In this document: positions 29,641 to 39,799 of the stretch, piece by piece
How positions within the stretch are numbered: the stretch's first letter is position 1
How the letters are laid out: each line of letters opens with the position of its first letter
Position numbers and translations under genes: made by a program
Virus record (IMG/VR): IMGVR_UViG_3300023179_000029
Location: 63,399 to 127,398 of that record
Strand: one strand, 5' to 3'
Source of the DNA: a virus
DNA length: 64,000 nucleotides
Notes under the pieces: model-generated
Told to the model about the DNA's origin: nothing
What the model saw: the letters and a program-made list of their open reading frames with translations, nothing else
Databases searched by the model: none

Positions 29641-31182
29641 TTAATTAAGTCTATGTTCAAAGACAAGAGTGACTGTAAGATTTTGAGGAGCGGTACCAGA
29701 GCTAATGCCAGTAATGTATAAACCAATTCTATTTCTATCAGTAATAGAAATTGGAGTAAAATCATTACTATCTAAATGACTAGCGGTTGATGTAGCAGTT
29801 TTTCTAGTCGTTCCACTAGCGTCACTACCAAGCGTAACGCCTCCAGTGGGCAAAATAACGCTGGTATTTGATCCAGTGTTAATTGGATTATTATCATTAA
29901 TTTGATAAATTTGAAAATTAACGGCTCCACTAGAAGTTGCATAATGAACTTCAACCAATTTCATGGATGTGTCCCCTTGGGTTAATCCAGTACTTCCAGT
30001 TGGTGTAGCTGGCCACCCATGAATTGCAAAAAATTGAGGAATTGCCAAAGCGCCACTGGTGACAATATTTCCTTGAATCATAAAATTATGAGAAGTCCTA
30101 AATACATGAGGGTGCACTCCAGCAGCAACTTGATCAGATCCTGTTCCGACATTTTTAACTGCCGAGTTTCCAAGGCCAAGATTGGTAATAGCCGCAGGTT
30201 TATTAGTTAAATCGCTTAAATTGGAAGATATTTGAGCGGCTCCAACAATTCTTGAATCATCGCCAGCGGCAACGGTTCCAGATGTTCGGCCGATATTTTT
30301 AGAAGCTGAATTACCAGCATCGGTAATTTGACTAATAGTATGAGTATGAGAAGTTGGAGCGGCGCCTAAATCAGAATAAGACAGGTAAATATTAGATCCA
30401 ACTTTTGGAGTGCCGACTGGAACAGTAATTTGAGAAATACCGCTTGCTGCTTCTGGAAACCAGTCCGAATAATTATTATTTGTGGTTTGAAATTTAACAT
30501 AAGTTCCGGGATTAGTTCCACCAGTTTTAATGATTTTGTCACCGATGTACCAAGCATGGCCATTATACGGTGAAATTGCAGCGGTATTAAATGCGGTATC
30601 ACTAGATACCGATTCGTACTGGATCGGGGTTTGAACAGGTAAATAAGACGCATCGATTTTACTACTAGAATTTAATCCAACATAACCGTTGGCCTGATTT
30701 TTCTCCGACGTATTTTGTTTACCAGTCAAAGTCGATGAAAGACTGGTAATGTCTGTAATGGCGTGAGTGTGAACTAACGGAGCCTTACCGCTTACATTAG
30801 TGGCAATAGTTGATAAATCTGAAGTTAAATTAGTAATTTTTGATTGGCTCAAAGTGCCATTAATTTTTGCATCTGTTACAGATGCGTCACTTGGAGTGCG
30901 ATCATTACTTAATCTAGTATCACTACCTAAAACGAGTTGCAGATCTCCAGTGCCAGTATCGGCACTTATTGTTCTAGTGTTACTATTGTATATAATAGGA
31001 GCATTGGCATTAACAATGCCGACCTCGCCCATATCCCCCTTTTCTCCCTGTGGGCCTTGAGGGCCTTGAACGTATATGCCGCCAATCGCAACAGAAACTT
31101 TTTGATTTTCGGTATTTAAAGTTAAACCCTGAGAATCTTCAACAAGAAGTATCTTTTTAGTGCCATCTATTTCCAGATTCAT
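29641..31182 (-). CDS. Tail fibre protein
   Basis: GPQGPQGEKGD collagen-like, HTHAITDIT, GTVAAGDDSRI motifs; start overlaps upstream stop (ATGA). Confidence 0.75.
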   Translation of the reverse strand: MNLEIDGTKKILLVEDSQGLTLNTENQKVSVAIGGIYVQGPQGPQGEKGDMGEVGIVNANAPIIYNSNTRTISADTGTGDLQLVLGSDTRLSNDRTPSDASVTDAKINGTLSQSKITNLTSDLSTIATNVSGKAPLVHTHAITDITSLSSTLTGKQNTSEKNQANGYVGLNSSSKIDASYLPVQTPIQYESVSSDTAFNTAAISPYNGHAWYIGDKIIKTGGTNPGTYVKFQTTNNNYSDWFPEAASGISQITVPVGTPKVGSNIYLSYSDLGAAPTSHTHTISQITDAGNSASKNIGRTSGTVAAGDDSRIVGAAQISSNLSDLTNKPAAITNLGLGNSAVKNVGTGSDQVAAGVHPHVFRTSHNFMIQGNIVTSGALAIPQFFAIHGWPATPTGSTGLTQGDTSMKLVEVHYATSSGAVNFQIYQINDNNPINTGSNTSVILPTGGVTLGSDASGTTRKTATSTASHLDSNDFTPISITDRNRIGLYITGISSGTAPQNLTVTLVFEHRLN

Positions 31183-31568
31183 ACGCCGACAACCTTGATT
31201 CCCCCGTAAAGCAGCGCATCCGTGATGCCATTGTGAGTTATGGTTAAATCGTAGACGCCGGATTTCCAAGTACTTGGCTTGCCAAGATTTTTTGTCACAG
31301 TGTCCGCAATCTGCAATTTAATTTGACCTTGGTTGCTGGTAGTAGTTCCAAGTGAGATCGTACAATCGGCATCCCGATTGGCGTTTTCTAATGTTGCCAA
31401 AGTTAATAATGCTCTGCCATTTGGTTTGTCTCTAATAACCATTTCCGCAGTGTAACCAGCTAAATTACGCGGGGACGTTTTATCCATTGTTTCATACAAT
31501 GTTAAAACTTCAAAAAAAGTCGCGCCTTGCCAAATAGTAAAAGTATGTTTATCAGGTATCATAGTCAT
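31179..31568 (-). CDS. Virion structural protein (baseplate upper protein-like N-domain)
   Basis: IWQGATF...NLAGYTAEM.IR...GVYDL..LLYG motif. Confidence 0.6.
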   Translation of the reverse strand: MTMIPDKHTFTIWQGATFFEVLTLYETMDKTSPRNLAGYTAEMVIRDKPNGRALLTLATLENANRDADCTISLGTTTSNQGQIKLQIADTVTKNLGKPSTWKSGVYDLTITHNGITDALLYGGIKVVGV

Positions 31569-31649
31569 GCTATAAATTATTGTCCGCTTAAGCTATAAAT
31601 CTACAGCCCAATGTCTTCAGGTTCAATAATAATATCTTGAATATCCCAA

Positions 31650-34001
31650 TCAATCTCCATCGGCAGCCTCCTTTCCTATATCATCAAGGTCCAGCGTCCA
31701 AATTTCAGGAGTAGTTAATGGCTGGTCCCCAAGCATAAGAGACTCAATAATGTGTTGCATGTAAGTTTGACCCGGGCGGCCAATAACCTTTTTCTTTGTA
31801 TCTGGATGATTGTAAAATGGGGTAAGCAGTGTTGAAAATCCTGCATCAGCCTTTTTCTTAAAAGGAATCGCCCCCTTAGGATGATTGACTGCCTCTGCTT
31901 TATCCCAATCTTTTGCCACTTGCTTACGAGCGGGTTTAGTGTCATTAAACCAACTAGGAGTCTTTGGCTTATCTGACTTTTTATCTCTTTTATCCCATGC
32001 CACATGCTCATGCGGAGTTGGCTTGAGCGCATGCAAATGATCTTTAGAAGGATGATGGCCGGGTAAATGCAATGTGACATTCTTTAAACCTTTGGAAAAT
32101 TGCGCTAGGGGCATGTGACCATATCCGGAGGCATCTCTAGCAGCCTGCAATTCTCGCTCGGCTTTGAAATAATCACGAAGATTAAGATCATCCTTTTTAC
32201 GACCAAGAATCCCTAATATCTCTGGGGTAATCATTCCAAGTTGACTAGTTTCGGGAGCAAGATAGAACCAAGCTTCATCGATTTGGTGAGGGTCCATATC
32301 TCTAGTGAAATATTGCTTCATTAGAGAAGATCTGAAATGGTGACCCCTGCCGCCTTTTTCGATATCTTCAAGCGCGGCCTTAGTGACCCCCTTGATATTT
32401 TTGGAAATATCAGAAATTGGTTTTACATGATAAGCGAGCGGCTGTGGGTAGATGGCTGAATCGGGGTGCTTAGATTCAAAAAACATTCTATTGTCACCAA
32501 AATCATAATCTTCATGCACCTTGGCATTTGTAGCCCTTTTGAGACGCTTAATAAGGCGCTTGGTGGCCTCTCTGTGAATATCTTCAGAGGTTGCCTCAGG
32601 ACCAAGCTTGCGTTTTGCCTCGCGCTCTTCTTCCGCCCTCATATTGAGAAGGTGATGATTGGCAAGATCATTAATTTCATGATGACTAATATCAGGAGAG
32701 ATGTTTTGAATGTGCCTCTTTAACGGCATCATGAATGGATCAAGTTCTTTATTTGCCTGTAAATATCCACGGGCATTGTTATGTGAATCACGGGCATGGC
32801 TAAGTGCGTCCCAATAACGCATTGAATCATCTACCGAACCGGGGAGATGATGAAGGGCTTGATAATGCTGGGCGTGTCCCTGTTCGTGCTTGTGAGGCTT
32901 CAGAAAAGCGTTTCTAAAAGCGTTTGCTACAGCTTGCTCTTGACTGGCTTCATCTAATTGATGCCAATTAGATTTAATGCCATTGACAACATCGGCAAGA
33001 CCACGGCTATTTAATGGATCGACCATTTGACCGTCTGCATTACGAACCCTGTGCCAATTAAAAGCGTTATTATCTAATGGCAAAATACCAGTTTCATATC
33101 CATCATTAGGATCAGCCAATTCATCTAATGATGCGGTCTTATCAAGGGTCGCATCATAAGGAATTTTAGCCATTGGCCCCGGAACAACGGTTTGAGACGG
33201 ATGAACCGGATGGTGATAAGGTTCGGGCGATTCGGGATTATCAAAAATCTTTAAGAAAGCGACCTTTTGCTGAGCGTAAGATCCATAATAAGAATTAAAT
33301 GCGCCCTTGCCAATGACTTCAGTAAACAGTGCCTTTTGTGCAGTGTAAGTGAGTAGTGGAGCGTGGGCCTGAAATGCTCTGTTGATGCCAAACCAAGACC
33401 AATCTCCGCCAGAAGCAACATGGCCCAAAATGTCATGGGCAATACGAAAATCTATAACCTGATTGATGTTCCAAACGGGATGAGAGGCATTTGCTCTAGA
33501 AACAACAAAGTGTCCCTTTTGAGTAATGTCTTCCGCTAATTCAGAAAAACTCTTGTAAGGTAATGGATTGTCAGTAATTTCAATTTCAATTTCGCCCTGA
33601 ATAATCTCTACACGACGACGACAATCCTCGGCAAGTTCCATCCAAGCAGAGGCGGCCTTTTTATCATAAGATTTAAGATCGCCGTACTCATGGGCAATTT
33701 CTTCTTGTAAATTAACATAATCATCATCCCAAGCGGCAACGCGGGCATTCATAGGCATTCTCATACTTTGAAAACGCTGAATTTGATGCAGCAAATTACC
33801 GGCAGCGGTCTGCTCTGTATTACCAGTAGCCTCTAACTTTTCTCCATGTTCACTAGTTGCCTTAACGACATACCCATCTTTTTTAAAACCAATATTATTA
33901 ATTTCCCACCCAAGGCTCTGGATTTGACCCAGAATCTCGGGCAGGGGCGTAGTAATACCAACAAAGGCCGAAGTAATATCAATGACCTTTGGCTCTTCCA
34001 T
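31650..34001 (-). CDS. Multidomain polyvalent-type protein
   Basis: FRIAHDILGH...ALFTE domain plus degenerate glycosylase-like C-terminus. Confidence 0.55.
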   Translation of the reverse strand: MEEPKVIDITSAFVGITTPLPEILGQIQSLGWEINNIGFKKDGYVVKATSEHGEKLEATGNTEQTAAGNLLHQIQRFQSMRMPMNARVAAWDDDYVNLQEEIAHEYGDLKSYDKKAASAWMELAEDCRRRVEIIQGEIEIEITDNPLPYKSFSELAEDITQKGHFVVSRANASHPVWNINQVIDFRIAHDILGHVASGGDWSWFGINRAFQAHAPLLTYTAQKALFTEVIGKGAFNSYYGSYAQQKVAFLKIFDNPESPEPYHHPVHPSQTVVPGPMAKIPYDATLDKTASLDELADPNDGYETGILPLDNNAFNWHRVRNADGQMVDPLNSRGLADVVNGIKSNWHQLDEASQEQAVANAFRNAFLKPHKHEQGHAQHYQALHHLPGSVDDSMRYWDALSHARDSHNNARGYLQANKELDPFMMPLKRHIQNISPDISHHEINDLANHHLLNMRAEEEREAKRKLGPEATSEDIHREATKRLIKRLKRATNAKVHEDYDFGDNRMFFESKHPDSAIYPQPLAYHVKPISDISKNIKGVTKAALEDIEKGGRGHHFRSSLMKQYFTRDMDPHQIDEAWFYLAPETSQLGMITPEILGILGRKKDDLNLRDYFKAERELQAARDASGYGHMPLAQFSKGLKNVTLHLPGHHPSKDHLHALKPTPHEHVAWDKRDKKSDKPKTPSWFNDTKPARKQVAKDWDKAEAVNHPKGAIPFKKKADAGFSTLLTPFYNHPDTKKKVIGRPGQTYMQHIIESLMLGDQPLTTPEIWTLDLDDIGKEAADGD

Positions 34002-34369
34002 CAGTACCTTTTACCGTGCCTGTGGGGGCGCTTCTTGTTTTTCTTGATCTTATTGGTAATTGAATTACCAATATCAAGGCCAAGTCCACCAGCAAGATCT
34101 AGAGTACGAATAACAATATCAGCTAGCTCTTCAGTGAATTCCTGTTCCTGCTCTGCTGTCATGTAATTGAGCTTAGCGCTTTCTACACCTTCATACTCAT
34201 CACGATGAACCTTAAGTGCTTCGCTGACCTCATCTCCGATGAGAGCTAGCTTGATAGGAACAATGGCAAAATCGCTGACATCTTCAATGCTCCAAAAGCC
34301 CTTGTCTTCTGAAATTTCATAGATCTTATCTGCAAGATCATTAATCTTATTACCTAACTTTGACATCAA
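34001..34369 (-). CDS. MazG-like nucleotide pyrophosphohydrolase
   Basis: ALIGDEVSEAL...EELADIVIRTLD, C-terminal RPHRHGK. Confidence 0.85.
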   Translation of the reverse strand: MMSKLGNKINDLADKIYEISEDKGFWSIEDVSDFAIVPIKLALIGDEVSEALKVHRDEYEGVESAKLNYMTAEQEQEFTEELADIVIRTLDLAGGLGLDIGNSITNKIKKNKKRPHRHGKRY

Positions 34370-34656
34370 ATTCCTTTCATGGGCAAAGGCTGCCCATAAT
34401 GTAGTTTTTCGAAATTATAATCGTTAGGAGACTCAGCCACAGGGTTATTACCCCGTAGCTGCTCCATTACTTTTCTTACAATATAAGGATCATCAACTGC
34501 ATCATGATCCCTGTTTGTTAAACGCCAGCCGCCATCAATGCGATAAACATATCCGTCATGCTCGCGTGTTTTATCATCGATATAAGCTTCATCGATATTA
34601 GGATCGTAGCTCCAGCTACGATACATTCTATGTGCCTCAGGAATTTCCTTCATCAC
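34366..34656 (-). CDS. Hypothetical protein
   Basis: ORF track; translationally coupled to MazG-like gene. Confidence 0.65.
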   Translation of the reverse strand: MMKEIPEAHRMYRSWSYDPNIDEAYIDDKTREHDGYVYRIDGGWRLTNRDHDAVDDPYIVRKVMEQLRGNNPVAESPNDYNFEKLHYGQPLPMKGI

Positions 34657-34680
34657 TAATTATGGGCAAGTTTGCCCGTC

Positions 34681-35040
34681 TTATACTTCTTCTGGAGCAG
34701 GATCCTCAGGCGCAGGCTCAGAAGCGGGAAGATTATCGATAGCATCAATAATTTCTTGTGCTTCCTTAGAAAACTTAGTCCTAGCCTCTGCTACCCGACG
34801 AATAAAATCGACCTGAGTTTCAGTAGAAGATTCTACTGATCCGCTATTAGGATCAGAAAGTTCAGCAACTTGCTGCTCAAGTTCGACAATTCTTCGTTCA
34901 AGATTAGCAACATTTTGATTAGATTCCGCTTCCTGTTGTTCAAAATCGGCAATGCGCTGATTGGCAATTAAAATATTTTGATTTTTAGATTCATTATAAA
35001 TTTCTAATGATCTAAAAATAGATTGAAGCTGATCATCCAT
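34681..35040 (-). CDS. Hypothetical coiled-coil protein
   Basis: Start MDDQLQ at 35040. Confidence 0.65.
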   Translation of the reverse strand: MDDQLQSIFRSLEIYNESKNQNILIANQRIADFEQQEAESNQNVANLERRIVELEQQVAELSDPNSGSVESSTETQVDFIRRVAEARTKFSKEAQEIIDAIDNLPASEPAPEDPAPEEV

Positions 35041-35350
35041 TACTCTTAATTCCCTCAATGACATTTGCCACTTGATCGACCTCTTCTTGATTAGCTGGTA
35101 CTACAATATTAGAACCCTCTGGTAGATTCTTGGCAGCATCAAGCGCCTTTTCAAAATACTCAATGGCCTGACTACGAGTAAGCTGGAAACGGTAGCTGCC
35201 ACTAGGCACCCGAAGGGGATTGTCATCTGGACCCTTAACTGGGAAAGTTAGACCTGAAACAAAAATAAGTTCCAGTACGCCTTCTTTGCCGGGTTCTACA
35301 TCGATTGTGCCGACTGAAGCGCCGACAAGTTCTACTGTTGTATCAAACAT
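35033..35350 (-). CDS. Hypothetical protein
   Basis: SD AAGGA; promoter upstream. Confidence 0.7.
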   Translation of the reverse strand: MFDTTVELVGASVGTIDVEPGKEGVLELIFVSGLTFPVKGPDDNPLRVPSGSYRFQLTRSQAIEYFEKALDAAKNLPEGSNIVVPANQEEVDQVANVIEGIKSNG

Positions 35351-35390
35351 TGCTTTCCTTTTGTTAGTTTATACTCGACTGAGTGGTGAT

Positions 35391-35441
35391 AATATAGCAG
35401 ACGATACACAGATTTGCAAATTGGGCAAAAGTGTGTATACT
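35391..35441. promoter_or_regulatory. Divergent sigma70 promoters sharing palindromic -35 TTGCAA
   Basis: Minus: TTGCAA-N17-TATATT (TG ext.); plus: TTGCAA-N16-TATACT. Confidence 0.55.
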
Positions 35442-35487
35442 GTCTATTGGCCAAAAGGCCGTTGCACATATTATAGAAAGGAATAAC

Positions 35488-35700
35488 ATGGGAAGAAAGC
35501 CTAGTAAGGGACATCGCGGTGGCGGAAAGTCAAACATTCCGGCAGAGAAAGACGATGGCAGCCGTTGGGTGGTAATTGGCGAAAATGGTCGTCAGGTATA
35601 CCCCGGCTCTGGCATTAAGAAGAAGGACGCACAACGTCTTGCTGTTGGACTTGTTCAGTCTGCTACCATTGAGATGGTCGTACCACCTACAGAGGAGTAA
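35488..35700 (+). CDS. Hypothetical basic protein
   Basis: SD AGAAAGGA, ATG 35488 (MGRKPSKGHRGGG). Confidence 0.65.
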   Translation: MGRKPSKGHRGGGKSNIPAEKDDGSRWVVIGENGRQVYPGSGIKKKDAQRLAVGLVQSATIEMVVPPTEE

Positions 35701-35701
35701 C

Positions 35702-36121
35702 ATGCAAACATTTGTACCATACGATGACTTTGAACTTTGCGCCATGACGCTTGACAACAAGCGACTTAACAAGCAGCGTATTGAGTCATTTCAAATCCTA
35801 CGCGCTATCACTGACGATACTTATGGCTGGCAGTCACATCCTGCCGTACATATGTGGCGTGGTTATGTTGGCGGACTTGTTTCATACAGTCTTGCTATGT
35901 GCCGCGAGTGGCGCTTGCGTGACGGTGCTGACAGGACCGACCTTGAAGGTCGCATTGCAGCCTTTGGTGCAGATGATAATCTACCGGCATGGTGGGGCGA
36001 TGAGCGCGTTCATGAATCTCATCGCTCCAACTTGTTTCATAAGGAACCAGAATGGTATAACCAATTTTGGACTAATTTGCCAGAGCTTCCATACTTCTGG
36101 CCGACTAAGGAAGGGTATTGA
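35702..36121 (+). CDS. MSMEG_6728-family / pyrimidine dimer DNA glycosylase-like protein
   Basis: MQTFVPY...LDNKRLNKQRIE...HPAVHMWRGY...HESHRSNL..K.P. Confidence 0.85.
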   Translation: MQTFVPYDDFELCAMTLDNKRLNKQRIESFQILRAITDDTYGWQSHPAVHMWRGYVGGLVSYSLAMCREWRLRDGADRTDLEGRIAAFGADDNLPAWWGDERVHESHRSNLFHKEPEWYNQFWTNLPELPYFWPTKEGY

Positions 36122-36576
36122 TGGAATTTAATGATGATACACCTTTGGGTGAAGCGATTGATTTTACTGTTGATGCTGCGATGAATGGCGGAGCAATTTG
36201 TCCATGCTGTTCTCAATTTGTAAAAGTATATAAACGTAAAATTAATAGCGCAATGGCAAAAGCGCTCGTTGATTTGTATAAAGAGGGCAAAACATTTAAA
36301 TTTGTTCACGGCCCTACGGTTACCACCTGTAGAGAGGTAAGCAAGCTGAGTTGGTGGGGACTTGTCGTTGAAGAGTCTACATTAAGACCGGATGGTGGGC
36401 GTTCTGGGTATTGGCGCGTCACGGAAAAAGGCGAACAATTTATTAAAAAGCAAATCAAGTGTCAAAAATATGCCCATGTTTTTGATGGCAAAATTCTAAA
36501 TCATGATGGCGATTTTATAAATATTGAAGATGCTTTTGGCAGTCCATTTCATTATCGTGAATTAATGGATGCTTAG
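36121..36576 (+). CDS. Hypothetical protein (CPCC Zn ribbon plus possible winged helix)
   Basis: CPCCSQ; WRVTEKGEQF wing-like motif. Confidence 0.65.
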   Translation: MEFNDDTPLGEAIDFTVDAAMNGGAICPCCSQFVKVYKRKINSAMAKALVDLYKEGKTFKFVHGPTVTTCREVSKLSWWGLVVEESTLRPDGGRSGYWRVTEKGEQFIKKQIKCQKYAHVFDGKILNHDGDFINIEDAFGSPFHYRELMDA

Positions 36577-39461
36577 CCAGCCCAATCAGTAGGGAATGTA
36601 GTTGTACCCGGATCATCGGGTTTTTCTAAATTACAAACAGGGCACCAAGGGTATGCCTCTGCTTGAGCTTCAGCTAATTCGGAAGCAGAATACTCGGTCA
36701 TATAATCGCTAATAAGCAAATCATGTTTGCCTTCTTCATGGGCATAACGCTCTGATTCTTTGATATCTTCGCCAATGGAATTATAAATTTCATTCCAATT
36801 AACTTTTGATTCATCAATAATTTGAGCGGTTTCATCTGATCTTGGATCCATGTCAAAGATTTCATCGAAGCTTTCAATAAGGGCTTGGCCGCCCTCGCTA
36901 ATATCTTCTCGTCCTGTTGGGCGCTCGTCATATGGAATCTCGTTCCATTCTTGGGCGTCTGCTAGGGCCTGCTGATTATGAGGGGCAATGACGGTTTCTG
37001 TTGCCCACATTACAAATTGATCAATTGGAGTAAAGTTTTGCACAAGCTGCCTTGATTGCATGTAAGGCTCATAATCATTATCAATCATAAGTTTGGTATT
37101 CCAAGTTTCCCAATTAGTCCAACCTTGGTAATCTGCCGTCTTGGCAGTAAAGGTATTTGGCCATATTACTTGATCAGTATTAGAATCAATAATTGTTGTA
37201 TTACCGGCTGCATCAGTTGCAGGATATGCTAAACCTTGACTGATCGCTTGGGTAATTTCTGGTGGCAATTGAGACGCAATATCCTGTGGTAATTCAGTTT
37301 CAGTCAACGGTACAATTTGTTCGTTTGGTTGAGCAAAATCCCATTGCGGAGCAACTAAATCAGTTTGAGGTTCAACAATTGAACCGGTGTCAACTGGAGG
37401 AATGATGCCCTGCTCTGGTGAAGGCGCAGCCGATTCGCCTAATTGTTGATTTTGTGCTTCAATTTGTTTTTCTTGTAAAATTTGATTAATAAAATTATAA
37501 GCTATTGGCTCACCGGTATTTGGGTCAACAGCATCAAAGTCGATTCCCAATCTTTCGCCTAAAGATTCATCACCTAATCCCAAATATCCAGTTTCCAATA
37601 CATCTCGTACTTCCTCTGCATTATCAAAATTGCCAAATTTAATTAAGCTAGTTAAATCTTCTTCAGTCAACACTTCATCAAGTTGGTCTAAATGCCCCCC
37701 ATTTTCAATAATTTTTTCAATTATTAATTTATAAAAATCAAAATCTAAGTGGCTCGCGACTTTTGTTTTTGAAGAATCAACGCTTATTGTTTCTGTATAA
37801 TTTGTTAAAATATTACTAGGAGTTAATCCTAATGAGTTCCATAGCTGGTTAATATATCTTTCAATCCATGAGGCAATATATGGGTTGTCCAGCGCCTTGT
37901 AATAAAATTGATTATTTTGACCGGCAGCAGCGAATTCATTTAAAAGATCCATGCTATCTTTCAACCATTCATTTAATTTTGTTTTGTCGTCAAATTGTTC
38001 CCATTTTTTAGGATCTTTACGAAGAAATCTTGGTTGCAACAAAACATTTTTATCTGGCATTTCAGAAATGGGCTGCAAACCCCTTTCTAATAATTCTTCG
38101 TTACTCGGTTCGTAACTTTCAAAATTTTCCCATTTTTCAATGTCTTTTTCTACAGGCGTTGGATTTGGGTCGAATCGAACTCTATTTTTATCACCAATAA
38201 TTCTAGAGGTGCCTTGCTGTCTTATATTATTTAAATATTCTTCTATACGCTTTGGCATATCATTTGCAATACCAATTTTGATTTCTGTTCCTAGTTGGAA
38301 TAAATAAACAATATCTTCAGGATCGCTAGATTTAAAACTTTGAGGAATGATACCCTCTTTTTGCATTTTTCGTACTTTAGATCTGACTGCCGCCGGAGTA
38401 AGTGATTGACCTGTAAGTTCTGTAAATTTTTTAACTATTTGAGTAGGAGAATAATTTTCGCCAGATTTAACGGCTTTTTGTATTAAATCAAGTACAATTT
38501 GATTATGTTCTTCGTTTAGCGCTTGATATTTTTCAGATTTTTTAGCAGCTTCAGGATGACAAATTGGACAGGGGCCAATATTTGTCGCGTCTTTAGTAGT
38601 AACTAGTCCCGGCCTAACATCTCTTTTTATAGTTCCACATGTGTTACATATTAAATTATATGGGGTTTTTCCTCGATGAGACGTTAGAGGTGGCGTTTTA
38701 GGATCCCAATGATATCCAAGTTCGGCTGCGGCATCATGCCTTTCTTGAATTAAACAATTTTTACAAGATCGACCATTAAATTTTAAAGACGGCGTTGGTT
38801 CTAATCTCAGCGCGTCTGCGGGTTTTACATCTCTCACCTTTTCATTACATTTTTGACACATCAAGGGATATTTAGTTAAAGCAACTTCAGGAGTTTGACC
38901 CCAATAATAACCCCTTTCATTAACAAAATCTTCGCGTTCTTTTATATAACAGGCTTTGCACTGCGGAGTTCTCCTCATTACATCTCTCGGTCTAACAGGG
39001 CCAATAATATGCTGGTTTTTACATTTTAAATAATAACCTTCACTCCGATTTTTTGGTTTGATTTTTTCTCCTTTTTTATTTACCCAAATAAACCCGATTT
39101 CTTTTGCTCTATTTATTACATCTTGAATTGTATATTTCGATTTTGGTGCAGAAAGTTTCCAAGAAGCAGCCCTAATGCCAGCCTTATCATCCCTAAATGG
39201 ATCAAGTGGGAAGTTCTCAACAGGAACGGATCGATTCTGTGGACCCCAATCACAGCGCAAGCAAGAGCCATCAATAAGCTGATCCTTGCACTTATTGCAA
39301 AACGCATCAGTCTTCTCTCCCCTGCCCTCGGGATAGCCGCCTCCGGGGCGAACTACATTAGGGAAATGGTCTGGTTGAGCGGGCCTACCGGAAGCAGGAT
39401 CGTCGGCTGTTTGCTCAATGTCTTTTTCTTTGCTAAAATGCCAAAGCTGTCTCTTGTCCAT
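36573..39461 (-). CDS. Large multidomain protein: Zn-ribbon repeats, GIY-YIG/T5orf172-like domain, YQGWTNWETW domain
   Basis: Repeated CxxC units; VYLFQLGTEIKIGIA...KR. Confidence 0.6.
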   Translation of the reverse strand: MDKRQLWHFSKEKDIEQTADDPASGRPAQPDHFPNVVRPGGGYPEGRGEKTDAFCNKCKDQLIDGSCLRCDWGPQNRSVPVENFPLDPFRDDKAGIRAASWKLSAPKSKYTIQDVINRAKEIGFIWVNKKGEKIKPKNRSEGYYLKCKNQHIIGPVRPRDVMRRTPQCKACYIKEREDFVNERGYYWGQTPEVALTKYPLMCQKCNEKVRDVKPADALRLEPTPSLKFNGRSCKNCLIQERHDAAAELGYHWDPKTPPLTSHRGKTPYNLICNTCGTIKRDVRPGLVTTKDATNIGPCPICHPEAAKKSEKYQALNEEHNQIVLDLIQKAVKSGENYSPTQIVKKFTELTGQSLTPAAVRSKVRKMQKEGIIPQSFKSSDPEDIVYLFQLGTEIKIGIANDMPKRIEEYLNNIRQQGTSRIIGDKNRVRFDPNPTPVEKDIEKWENFESYEPSNEELLERGLQPISEMPDKNVLLQPRFLRKDPKKWEQFDDKTKLNEWLKDSMDLLNEFAAAGQNNQFYYKALDNPYIASWIERYINQLWNSLGLTPSNILTNYTETISVDSSKTKVASHLDFDFYKLIIEKIIENGGHLDQLDEVLTEEDLTSLIKFGNFDNAEEVRDVLETGYLGLGDESLGERLGIDFDAVDPNTGEPIAYNFINQILQEKQIEAQNQQLGESAAPSPEQGIIPPVDTGSIVEPQTDLVAPQWDFAQPNEQIVPLTETELPQDIASQLPPEITQAISQGLAYPATDAAGNTTIIDSNTDQVIWPNTFTAKTADYQGWTNWETWNTKLMIDNDYEPYMQSRQLVQNFTPIDQFVMWATETVIAPHNQQALADAQEWNEIPYDERPTGREDISEGGQALIESFDEIFDMDPRSDETAQIIDESKVNWNEIYNSIGEDIKESERYAHEEGKHDLLISDYMTEYSASELAEAQAEAYPWCPVCNLEKPDDPGTTTFPTDWAG

Positions 39462-39479
39462 ACAAATTAAGGGTCGGGA

Positions 39480-39508
39480 TTGAAGCGTTCGATAGGATGT
39501 GCTATCAT
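39480..39508 (+). promoter_or_regulatory. Sigma70-type promoter
   Basis: TTGAAG-N17-TATCAT with TG extension. Confidence 0.5.
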
Positions 39509-39535
39509 GATTGGCACACCAACAGAAAGGATCGC

Positions 39536-39799
39536 ATGTTTAAGCGAATCAAGGACTATATTGAAAACAAGGGGCTTTGCTTTACAATGCGTTCAAAGTC
39601 CAAGAAGATCACTGTCAGCATTTGTAATGATCTAGACGCTGCCCGAATCAAGACTCCGTATACCGATGAGCTAGTATGGATGAATGACATTCTATCGGGT
39701 CTATCTACAGCGTATCGCGCAGCACAGGATGCAGAAGATCAAAAGGTAGCAGATGAGCTTCACGACATCCGGCATACGATTTCAAAGGTATATGCTTGA
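39536..39799 (+). CDS. Hypothetical protein
   Basis: SD AGAAAGGA, ATG 39536. Confidence 0.65.
   Translation: MFKRIKDYIENKGLCFTMRSKSKKITVSICNDLDAARIKTPYTDELVWMNDILSGLSTAYRAAQDAEDQKVADELHDIRHTISKVYA

Noticed and set aside
19653-31182. Diversity-generating retroelement acting on tail fibres
   Set aside because: No reverse transcriptase and no adenine-variant TR/VR pair noticed in the window
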